From: Stegostoma tigrinum | Taxonomy: Eukaryota | DNA: 64,000 nt | NCBI RefSeq assembly: GCF_030684315.1 | Contig: NC_081363.1 | Coordinates: 62,438,312 to 62,502,311, forward strand | Direction of reading: 5' to 3' | Shown: piece by piece, positions 53,318 to 64,000 of the stretch | How the letters are laid out: the number at the start of each line of letters is the position of its first letter | How positions within the stretch are numbered: position 1 is the stretch's first letter | Notes under the pieces: model-generated | Told to the model about the DNA's origin: nothing | What the model saw: only the letters and a program-made list of their open reading frames with translations | Databases searched by the model: none | Position numbers and translations under genes: made by a program

Positions 53318-53341
53318 GCGGGAGTAACTATGACTCTCTTA
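53318..53341 (+). other. 24-nt 28S rRNA fragment (R2 target upstream sequence, -27 to -4)
   Basis: GCGGGAGTAACTATGACTCTCTTA matches the known R2 target GGCGGGAGTAACTATGACTCTCTTAAGG^TAGCCAAA. Confidence 0.95.
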
Positions 53342-53461
53342 TGAGGTCGCATATGCCCACTATGACGTTTTGACGTATTTTTGGCGCATAGTGTGTGTCG
53401 TGCCTCCCCGTTGGCCCCGCCGGTAAGCCCAGTAGTCCTGGCTGCTGGGTGACCAAACGAC
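53318..53461 (+). ncRNA. HDV-like self-cleaving ribozyme of the R2 5' UTR
   Basis: P1 (G)GCGGG/CCCGCC 53416-21; P2 GTCGT 53397-401/ACGAC 53457-61; P3 GCC/GGC with L3 TCCCCGTT; P1.1 GG 53422-23; P4 GCCCAGTAG/CTGCTGGGT; J4/2 GACCAA. Confidence 0.85.
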
Positions 53462-53688
53462 CAGAAAAAGCATGTGACGGCCGTGGTCTATACAGACCAA
53501 TCCTCAAAAAACCAGTATGGTTTTTCCAGTTTCACTGGAGCAGTCTGGCTGGGGAGCATCCCAGATAAACAACCCCCCCCCGCCCCCCCACAGCCTCGTC
53601 CACAACCGCGGGCTGTGATAAGTCATTAGGTTGTACATGTTTAAAACCCGCAACAAGGTCCATCTCGGTCCAGGCCGAGACAGCGACC

Positions 53689-56600
53689 TTGAGACGTTAC
53701 CTCCTACCTTACATGGAGCTGAGACCGGTCACCCCTCCCAGGGGGCCGGCTCAACCTGTAACGGATGCCATAGATAACGTTGCAGAAGGCACCATAAGGG
53801 CAGCCCACCCTACGGTTGAGACAAGCATAACCACCCAAACCTTCTACAACCAAGGTTATCGAGACATGAAGCAGGGCACAGACGAAAAAACGGTAAATGA
53901 GACTGGCGATGAAACAGCTGATGCAACTGTCTTCATGGAAGGAGTTGTTATCGAGCCAGTGTGTGACAGAACATCCGTCTCGGAGGTAATCATCCACTAT
54001 CCCGTCGATGGGCTATTCTGTAAGGACTGTGACACCCTCTTACCCACGGTGAGCCTGTTCAAGATCCATATGACTAAAGTGCACGGAATAAAGAACATCC
54101 GAACAAAATGTTCATGCTGCGATAAGGCAGGAGAATACCATTCAATAGCCTGCCATTATCCCAAATGCAAAGGAACGAAACAACCCCCAACCGGGGACTT
54201 TGCATGCAGCGCGTGTGATCAACGGTTTTCAACACAATCAGGCCTTGGTCAACACGAGAGGCACAGGCAACCGGTTCTACGGAATGAGAAATGCCTCAAA
54301 CCAGCACCCAAAGTCAAGGGCGAACCTGGGAGAAGCGACCGCGTATGGTCACAGTAGGAGGTGGCACTCCTGAGGGAATTGGAGGCGAGATTTGCAGGAT
54401 GCAAATTTATAAACAAATCCATCGCAAGCATCCTTAAAACCAAAACACCAAAGCAAATCTCAAACAAGCGCAGACTCCTGGCAAACACCCCGACAGAGGT
54501 CCAGACCATCTGCGAGCCAACGATAGACTTGCACAATTCTGAGGCAGAGAGTGACCAGGAGAATTCTGATGATCAAGCCCAACGCCAAAGAGCCAGCCGA
54601 AAAACACTGGCTTCGACCTCTAAACATCGGGACGTAGATAACCAACTTACACAAGCTGAGGAGCTCTTGAGCGCAAGGAAGGACCCGGACACGCTTGCCC
54701 TCGGAATCAGACTAGTGGAAAGTATTACCGACCTACTAATCAATAGTAGGAAAAGACAGGACAAAAACAAGAGGCCTCAAAAAGATTGGGCCAAGAAGGA
54801 CAAAAAGCCCGGTAGCAATACCGGAGCCAAAAAACGGTGAGCAGCACGTAAAGCGCTGTTTAGAGCAACACTACGGCTTTACAAAACCAACCAGCGTCAA
54901 CTAGCTCGCGAGATCATGGGGGCGCCGACCACATCCGCTTATCCTCTCTCAAAAGAGGAATTGGAGACATGTTTCCATGAGAAACTGTCTGCACCAAACA
55001 AGAAATCGAACATAAATAAGTATGCCCCATACACTGGCAAAGTCGATGACGGGTCCTTGATGAAACCCATACAGGTAGAGGAGGTTGAAGCGGCCAGCAA
55101 GGGAATAGATGAGAACAGTGCCGCGGGACCAGACGGCCTGAAACTGCAGGACATAAGAACACTCCATGAGCAGGAGGAAACTCGTCTACCCCGCCTCTTC
55201 TCCTTGTGGCTAAAGTCAAGCACGATCCCCGATTCACTAAAAAAGAGTCGAACGGTCCTGATTCCTAAGTGTGAGGATAAGGAATGCTTGAAAAGCATTG
55301 ATAACTGGCGACCAATAGCCATCGGTCCAATGCTGCTCCAGCTGTTCACGAAAATAATGGCAAAATGCCTGAGTGAAACAGTCGAAATAAACCCCTGGCA
55401 AAAACAGTTTCTAGCAGCCACTCCCAGATGCAATGAAAACATTGTTATCCTCGAAAATATCATCAAGGGAGCAAAGCACAATCGTAAGGACCTCGCAGTT
55501 GTCTTTGTCGATCTAGCAAAAGTGTTCGACTCGGTTGGGCACAAACTATTGATCAAATCTCTGCAAAGGATGAAACTACCCAAAGCCTTTGTAAGTCTCA
55601 TTGAAGACCTATACACTGGCAACACAACAGTGGTGGAAGGGAACGGGAACATAACCATCCCAATAACCATTGAGAGGGGTGTAAAGCAGGGCGACCCACT
55701 CTCACCAATACTATTTAACATTGCTTTGGATCCGTTGGTGTGGTCTTTGGAGAGGGCCAACTCAGGGGTCTCCATGCCCCTGGGCGGCAGAAGAGTCAAC
55801 TGCTCGACTTTGGCCTTCGCGGATGACATCGCCCTTCTAAGCGACTCACATACTGGTATGGCTGGGAACCTGAAGCTACTCCAGGCATACTGTGACCATA
55901 CGGGCCTCAGTATAAACACAGCGAAGACGAAGGGATTCCACTTCACTTTTAAAAGGAAAACCTTCTTGTACAATCACTTCGCAAACTGGAAGCTGAGGGA
56001 CGAATCCATAGCCTACACACCCCCAGGTGACACCGAGAAATACCTGGGTGCCCGCATCGATCCATGGGCAGGTGTGGCAGAAGGGGAGTGGGAGGAGAAG
56101 CTTAAGTCCTGGGTTAAGGGAATACAGGCAGCACCTCTGCGACCACAACAATGGCTGGAAATCCTAAAAGTACATGTCATCTCCCAATTGTACTTCCATC
56201 TGATCCTGACAGAAGCATCACAGGCTACTCTCATAAAGCTGGACCAAATAATCTGCAATGCCACCAAAGAATTCCTACACCTACCACCTCATATCGCAGA
56301 TGGAATGCTATATGCTAGCAACAAGAACGGCGGTCTAGGCGTCCCAAAACTGGAAGTGCAAATCCCATCCACGATTGTTCGCAAACGCGAGGCACTAAAC
56401 ATGTCCAGTGATGTGGTCATTTGGGCCTCCTTTCAATATAAAGGAGAGAGCAACACAGAGACCGTTGCGGGACTGCGTGAGCTCAAGGTCCTCAAGGAAA
56501 TTGAAAATTTCCAACCTAGTAGCCGCAGCAGCAGCGAGGGGAAAATCAACCAGATGACCACCATCCAAGACATGATGCCGGCACTCCAGAAGGCAAATGC

Positions 56601-57357
56601 GGGATGACCAAAATCACCCATTAGGTATTCAGGCTGGAGGGAGTGGGAATTCAAAAAATGGCAAAAGCTGGAATGTCAAGGGGCAGGCATCCAATACTTT
56701 AGGGACGACAAGATCTCTAATTCTTGGACGAAGGCCGGAGTACAGCAAAAATCCTCTAGATTTATTAACAGCGTGCTCTTGTGGTGTAATCTATACCCGA
56801 CAAGAACCACATTATCTAGAGGTAGGCCTAACCGAAACAAATTATGCCGAAGGTGTGAGATGGCAAACGAAACCATATCACACATCTCAGGATGCTGCCC
56901 ATTCGTAAAAAATGCTCGGATAAAACGCCATAACAAGATCGCTGACCAGTTGCAGAAACATGTCAATAAGCACGGCTGGACATCGTATGTGGAGCCCAGA
57001 CTGTTTGACAAAAATGGCTCCCTACGGAAACCTGATCTCATATTTAGAAAAGACCAGAAGATCGAGGTTGTAGATGTCACAGTGCAGTACGAGAATGACA
57101 GTAAAGCACTGGAAACAGCATGGCGAGAGAAACAGGAAAAGTATAAACACCTGAATGCCGAGGTCACGGAATTGACGGGAGGTGTGGTGCCCAGATACTT
57201 TGGCTTCGTGATGGGCGCACGAGGCAAGTGGCTAGATATGAATAACCGCCTCATGAAATTCCTCGGCATCGAGAGATACGATACATTCACCCAAAAGACA
57301 TCAAGGCTCACTCTGTCACTGATGCTCGAACTCTTACAACTCTTCAGTGACAAGTGA
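53689..57357 (+). pseudogene. R2 protein (ZF-ZF-ZF-Myb-RT-RLE), single frame with three premature stops
   Basis: ORFs 53689, 54361, 54916 and 56773 share one frame; stops at 54355, 54838 and 56605. Motifs CKDC..H..H, CSCC..H..C, CSAC..HERH, RVWSQ*EV..KTPKQISNKR, SAAGPDG, WRPI, GVKQGDPLSP, LAFADD, KYLG, CRRC..HISGCC, RHN, RKPDLIF..VDV..KQEKY. True start uncertain. Confidence 0.95.
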
Positions 57358-59580
57358 GCAAAAACCGCAAACGGTGAGGTAAGATCCTCCACCGAGACAG
57401 AAGCAGGCCCACATAAGCCTTACAAAGCCAGTAACATCAGTAGGGCCCCGCTGATAATGACATAACAACCAGCCTCATATAACACCAGTATCACCTGGTC
57501 CTTGGTCTGTGGTGATGCTAAAGAGTACACAAACATCGACGAGCGATGTAAAGACTCGGAAAAGGCACTTCCTGGAGTGTTCCAAAATAGCCAATATTAC
57601 TCTTAACTGACCACTAGCGTATGCCACATCGAATCAGGTAAGCTTGCAATTTCAGTGAAGCGAAGACTGAAAATAAAACCCAGTTTCCCGCAACCAGCTC
57701 CATCGGTGTTTAAATTTACGGTACCGTACTGCCTTAACTGACCCCAAAAGTGTTAATCCACCTCTGGACATCAACCATACATTTACCTGTCATCTGATCA
57801 GGTAGAGAATCTCTGTGCTTATATTTGAATAAATTTTGGTTTGCTAATAGACTCACTACATAATACCAGTGTTGTAATCAACAAATATGTAAATCCTAGA
57901 TACAGGTTCTATTTAAATGTCACCAACGAATACTGCAAAAAAGACCCAAATGTTCAAAATCTGGTTCCTGTGGTAGTGCTATTGGTTTCTCTTGCAAGAA
58001 TAACCCATTTAACACCATCTATACCCTCTACTGTCCTGTTAATTTCTTATCTAATTAGAAACTTTTCCACGTAAACCGACAATTCATTACCTTTCCTTCA
58101 TTCTCTATTGAGGCACCTTGTCAAATGCTGTGCTTAATTGCGTCATGACGTACTGTAACTAGCACAGCAAGACATATTGAGACACTCACCGCAACCAGAA
58201 TATGAGGATGGGAGTTCCCGGCACGTCAGCTTTTCTCAATGATGGCTTGCTAATAATTTGTTATTCTTGCAAAAAAAAACTTTCGCTCTCAATGTGTGTA
58301 AAATGAAGCTTGGAAACGTGAAAAAGAAGTGTTTAGGAAATTAACTACTGCTTGCATTTGGGATGAAATTACGCAATGATATGGTTTGCTCATTGAAAAT
58401 CAACCAAATATTGCATATGTCTCTGCACCTTTGCCTTGGAAATTATAAAGAACTTTCAATTACGTGAAGAGCGCTGTCTTGTACTATTTTACCCTGCTCA
58501 CCCATGGTTGCCTTTTCTTCATTGCATCAATATGATCAGTGAAGGCAGGGTACTTGCCCATCTGTTCGTCGCAATGCAAGAACAAAACCATCTGCTCCGC
58601 ATCGCATGCCAAGTAAATAGCAATTGCCATTGTATGCTGTACAACATTATATCTGTAAGGGCTCTGACTTGTAAATTTGGAAGTTTTTTTTCATTAAATC
58701 CACTTTTTTGATATTATGGAATCTTTTGTCAGAAATGAGAAAGCCACTATAATTAATTGGGCTCAGTGTTTCCTCCTTGGTGCAATGACATTGACAGAGT
58801 TTTCGCCACAGTACTGATGCAATTAGAAAATTCTTGCATCCGAAGATTTCACCCAGTCACCCTTTCTCCACTGCTGGGGATGTATTATGGTTTGGTGGAG
58901 CATGTTAGGTTTGTAGGGGTGAAGTGGGACTGACATTTGTTCCCAATTGCATGAGCTGTCTAGACACTAGATTACAGTTTTGTCCTATCTCCCACCTTCC
59001 ATAAATAAAAGAGTATTTCTTGCTGAGCTGCTGTTACTAGAAGTATTAACATAAGTTCAGTAAAATCAGGCCTTGTAAACACAGCATAGTGAACTACAGT
59101 TATATTAAACTATTGGGCTGAGATTGATGGATACAGAGCTGCAAAACCCAACTGACACGAATGGAGTGATTGTGGTTGCAATATAAGCTTTAAGCATTTT
59201 CATATACAGAGCTCCACTGTCCTGGTGGCTATATATTTTTTTTCAAATACTAACTGTACAGCGTAGAGTGTTCATTCACTTGAAACAATAAATAAAAAGT
59301 TCTGCTAAGATTATAAAATGCTCAAGCAAAACACTAGGGACTTCTTGAAACTCTGAAAATTTTGCTTCATACTAGAGTAAAGTTACACTACTCTTGGGGA
59401 CAAACTAAAGAGTTTCGGAAATGGCCAATCAACTAAATACAGCCAATCCATAATGTTTTCTTTAAATTCCTTAATCGGAATAAATGATATCACATTTTAA
59501 AGGCCACTTAGCACCTCTGGCAGAATGAACATTTCTGGTCTAGTGACCCTTCTTCAGAACACAGGTCTTTGGACCAGAAA

Positions 59581-59903
59581 TCATCAAATCTCTACGGGGT
59601 AGAAACAGGGCATTCAGCCTAACACCGCCCCTCTGAAGAGCATCTCATGCCCTTAACCCTGCATTTCCCCATGCCTACCCCACCTAATCCAAACATCTCT
59701 GGACACTACAGGCAATTTAGCATGGCCAATCCACCTATCCTGCACATCTTTGGACTGTGGGAGGAAACCAGAGCACCCAGAGGCAACCCATGCAAAAACA
59801 GGGAGAATATACAAGCTCCACACATTCACCCGAGGGCGAAATTGAACCTGAGTGCCTGGCACTTTGAGGCAGCAGTGCTAACCACTGAGCCACTGTGCCT
59901 ACC
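59581..59903 (-). mobile_element. HE1/V-SINE-like SINE nested in a Penelope-derived palindrome (~59520-59975)
   Basis: GGCAATTTAGCATGGCCAATCCACC core, GCAGTGCTAACCACTGAGCCAC head; flanks GGACCAGAAA and AAAGTTAACTC are Penelope arm sequence. Confidence 0.85.
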
Positions 59904-60179
59904 TTAAAGTTAACTCAGTTTTCTCTCCACAGACACCGCCAGTCCTGCTGAGTTGTTTTCCAGCAATTTATGTTATGTTGCTATGCAAGCAGATAAACGT
60001 CACTCCACTTGTGATTCAGACATCTCTTCTACTAACTTTCATTACTCAGCTCCTGCTTGGAGGTCGAAAAAGGTGATAGGACAGAAAACGAGAATGTAAG
60101 AAAGAGCATGCATCTCTGGGGATGGTGGCAATATCAATGGGCTAGTAATGCAGAACACCAGGCTAGTATTATTGATATA

Positions 60180-61050
60180 ACTAGTAAGAGTTGATCAGGG
60201 AGAGCCAGTGGATGTGCATGGACTTTTCAGTGGCTTTCAGTAAAAGATTAGCATGTGAAATGAAAGAACATGCGATTGGATGTAGTGTACTGCCATAAAT
60301 TCAGAACTCATTGGCAGGTAGAAAACCAAGTTAGGAATGAATGGACCTTTTCCTGAGTGGTTTGCAGTGAATAGTGGAGTACTGCAGGGATCAATACATG
60401 AAGCCCAGCTATTCACACTTTATATTAATGATTTAGTTGAGGGAACTAAAAGTAATATCATCAAATTGTAGATGACACAAAGCTGAATGGGAGGGTGAGC
60501 TGTCAGGAGGATGCAGAGATGCTTTAGTATGATTTAGAAAAGTTGAGTGAGTGGGCATAGTTGATGAAATATAATGTGAATAAATGTGAGGTTACACACT
60601 TTGTTAGCAAAGTCAAGAACACGATTAATCGAATGGTGATTGATTGGCAAAGGAGGGGGTGAAATGAAACCTGGATATCCTCGTGCACCAGTTGCTGAAA
60701 ATAAACAAGTAGGTTCAGCAGGTGGTTAAGAAGGCATCGTATGCTACCCTTTGTAGAGAGGATTCAAGTACAGGAGCTGGATATCTTGCTGCAATTGTAC
60801 AAGGCCTTAGTGAGACCACACTTGGAGTACTGTGTGATGTTTTGGTCTCCTTATCTAAGTAAGGTTTTTTTTATGAAGAGAGTAAAACAGAAAATTACCA
60901 TATTGATTCATGAGATAGTAGGACTGATATATATATACATATATAGAGAGGGATAGGATCTTAGGTCTATATTTACTGCTGTTTATAAGAATGAAGGGTA
61001 ATCTCATAGAAACCTCTAAAATTTGAACAGGAGTAAACAGAATCAACAAA
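60180..61050 (+). mobile_element. Older, decayed CR1 RT/C-terminal fragment
   Basis: GGAGTACTGCAGGGATCA; [23 protein letters not shown]. Confidence 0.85.
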
Positions 61051-61051
61051 G

Positions 61052-64000
61052 TGATGTCTCTGATCAGGTTTTTGGGATCCTGAAGGGGGAGAGGGAGCAG
61101 CCCCAAGTCGTGGTCCACATTGGCACTAATGACATAGGTAGGAAGAGAGATGGGGATTTAAGGCAGAAATTCAGGGAGCTAGGATGGAAGCTGAGAGCTA
61201 GGATGAACAGAGTTGTTGTCTCTGGTTTGTTGCCTGTGCCACGTGCTAGTGAGGCGAGGAATAGGGAGAGAGGAGTTGAACACGTGAACACGAGAGGAGT
61301 TGAACACAGGGATGGTGTAGGAGGGAGGGTTTTGGATTCTTGGATAATTGCGGCTCTTTCTGGGGCAGGTGGGACCTCTACAAGCAGGATGGTCTTCACC
61401 TGAACCAGAGGGGTACCAATATACTGGGGGAGAAATTTGCTAAGGCTATTAGGGTGGGTTTAAACTAATTCAGCAGGGGGATGGGAACCAAAATTGTTGT
61501 TCGACTATAGAAAAGGTTGAGAGTAGGGTGGTCCGAAATAAATTTTCGGGGACGCAAGATGGCACCGGCAAGCAAGAAGTTGGTTTGCAGTGTGTCTACT
61601 TCAATGCCAGGAGCGTCCGGAATAAGGTGAGTGAACTTGCAGCATGGTTTAGTACCTGGGACTTCGATGTTGTGGCCATTTTGGAGACATGGATAGAGCA
61701 GGGACAGAAATGGTTGTTGCAGGTTCCGGGATTCAGATGTTTCAGTAAGAACAGAGAAGATGGTAAAAGAGGGGGATGTGTGGCATTGTTGGTCAAGGAT
61801 AGTATTACAGTTGCAGAAAGGATATTGGGGACTCGTCAACTGAGGTAGTATGGGCTGAGGTTAGAAACAGGAAAGGAGAGGTCACCCTGTTGGGAGTTTT
61901 CTATAGGCCTCCGAATAGTTCCAGAGATGTAGAGGAAAGGATAGCAAAGATGATTCTCAATAGGAGTGAGAGAGACAGGGTAGTTGTCACGGGGGACTTC
62001 AACTTTCCAAATATTGACTGGGAACACTATAGTTCAAGTACTATAGATGGGTCAGTTTTTGTCCAATGTGTGCAGGAGGGCTTCCTGACACAGTATGTAG
62101 ATAGGTCAACAAGGGGTGAAGCCACATTAGATTTGGTACTGGGTAATGAGCCTGGCCAGGTGTTAGATTTGGAAGTAGGTGAGCATTTGGTGATAGCGAT
62201 CACAATGCTGTTATGTTTACTTTCGTGATGGAAAGGGATAGGTGTATAACACTAGGCAAGAGTTATAGCTGGGGGAAAGGCAATTATGATGAGATTAGAC
62301 AAGATTTAGGGAGCATAGAATGGGGAAGGAAACTGCAGGGGATGGGCACATTAGAAATGTGGAGCCTATTCAAGGAAAAGCTCCTGTGTGTCCTAGATAA
62401 GTATGTACCTGTCAGGCAGGGAGCGAGCTGTAGAGTGCAGGAACCGTGGTTTACGAAGGAGGTGGAATCTCTGGTCAAGAGGAAGAAGAAGGCTTATGTT
62501 AGGATGAGATGTGAAGGCTCAGTTAGGGCACTTGAGGCTACGAGGTAGCCAGGAAAGACCTAAAGAGAGAGCTCAGAAGAGCCAGGAGGAGACATGAGAA
62601 GTTGTTGGCAGATAGGATCAGGGAAAACCCTAAGGCTTTCTATACGTATTGAACGAATAAAAGAATGACGAAAGTAAGATTAGGCCCAATCAAGGATAGT
62701 AGTGGTAAGTTGTGTGTGGAGTCAGAGGAGATAGGGGAAGCGCTAAATGAATATTTTTCAACAATATTCACTCTAGAAAATGACAATGTTGTCGAGGAGA
62801 ATACTGAGATATAGGCTACTAGACTAGGTGGGATTGAGGTTCACAAGGAAGAGGTATTAGAAATCCTTCAGAAGGTGAAGATAGATAAGTCCCCTGGGTC
62901 AGATGGGATTTAGCCTAGGATCCTCTGGAAAGCCAGGGAGGAGATTGCCGAGCCTTTGGCATTGATCTTTAACTCGTCATTGTCTACAGGAATAGTGCCA
63001 GATGACTGGAGGATAGCAAATGTGGTTCCCCTGTTCAAGAAGGGGAGTAGAGACAACCCTGGTAATTATAGACCAGTGAGCCTTACCTCAGTTGTTGGTA
63101 AAGTGTTAGAAAAGGTTATAAGGGATTGGATTTATAATCATCTAGAAAAGAATAAATTGATTAGGGATAGTCAACATGGTTTTGTGAAGGGAAGACCGTG
63201 CCTCACAAGCCTTATTGAGTTCTTTGAGATGGTGACTAAGCAGGTGGATGAGAGTAAACCGGTTGATGTGGTGTATATGGATTTCAGCAAGGTGTTCGAT
63301 AAGGTTCCCCACAATAGGCTATTGTGCAAAATGCGGAGGAATGGAATTGTGGGAGATATAGCAGTTTGGATCGGTAATTGGCTTGCTGAGAGAAGACAGA
63401 GGGTGGTAGTTGATGGGAAATGTTCATCCTGGAGACCAGTTACTAGTGGTGTACTGCAAGGGTCGGTGTTGGGTCCACTGCTGTTTGTCATTTTTATAAA
63501 TGACCTCGATGAGGGTGTAGAAGGATGGGTTAGTAAATTTGCAGACGACACTAAGGTTGGTGGAGTTGTGGATAGTGACAAAGGATGCTGTAGGTTGCAG
63601 AGAGACATAGATAAGCTGCAGAGCTGGGCTGAGAGGTGGCAAATGGAGTTTAATGCAGACAAGTGTGAGGTGATGCACTTTGGTAGGAGTAACCGGAAGG
63701 CAAAGTACTGGGCTAATGGTAAGATTCTTAATAGTGTAGATGAGCAGAGAGATCTCAGTGTCCATGTACACAGATCCTTGAAAGTTGCCACCCAGGTTGA
63801 CAGGGCTGTTAAGAAGGCATACAGTGTTTTAGCTTTTATTAGTAGAGGGATTGAGTTCTGGAACTAAGAGGTTATGGTGAAGCTGTACAAAACTCTGGTG
63901 CGGCCGCACTTGGAGTATTGTGTACAGTTCTGGTCACCGCATTATAAGAAGGATGTGGAAGCTTTGGAAAGGGTGCAGAGCACATTTACTAGGATGTTGC
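61052..64000 (+). mobile_element. Young CR1 LINE: ORF1 esterase C-terminal part plus ORF2 APE-RT, with frameshifts and stops; continues past the window
   Basis: ORF1 VVVHIGTNDIG and DGLHLNQRG (SGNH-type); APE YFNARS, AILETW, GDFNFP, TLDLVL; RT PGNYRPVSL, YMDFSKVFDKV, GVLQGSVLGP, FADD. Confidence 0.96.

Larger units (their letters stand above)
53318..57587 (+). mobile_element. R2 non-LTR retrotransposon (clade A), full length, outside rDNA
   Basis: 28S target-derived 5' leader, HDV-like ribozyme, three zinc fingers plus Myb, RT, CCHC and PD-(D/E)xK nuclease, ~230-nt 3' UTR, 3' junction on TAGCCAA. Confidence 0.95.

Noticed and set aside
53318-53341. 28S rRNA gene
   Set aside because: Only 24 nt (plus 7 nt at the 3' junction) match; the flanks are not rDNA.
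54939-55973. 344-aa minus-strand ORF (also 56676-57392 and 63171-63791)
   Set aside because: Antisense shadows of the R2 and CR1 coding frames with no motifs of their own.

Overview
Vertebrate nuclear DNA, most likely from a shark (inferred from HE1/V-SINE-like and Deu-domain SINEs, CR1 LINEs and Penelope-like elements). No intact host protein-coding gene could be supported; nearly all ORF-track entries are transposon remnants or spurious. The main feature is an apparently full-length R2 (clade A) retrotransposon at ~53318-57587 sitting outside rDNA. It starts with 24 nt of the 28S rRNA target sequence, which supplies the P1 strand of a recognisable HDV-like ribozyme, and it ends on TAGCCAA, at a site that resembles a degenerate 28S target. 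Its ORF is one frame broken by three stops. Also present: a Penelope-like element with inverted arms, hammerhead motifs and a TSD; several short palindromic Penelope-derived elements; a CR1 with a 5' inversion and a Penelope fragment at the junction; a young CR1 running off the window end; RTE and Harbinger remnants; a 31-bp minisatellite; and an ~11 kb repeat-poor stretch with nuclear-receptor motifs. All calls were made by eye without database searches, and boundaries of decayed elements are approximate.
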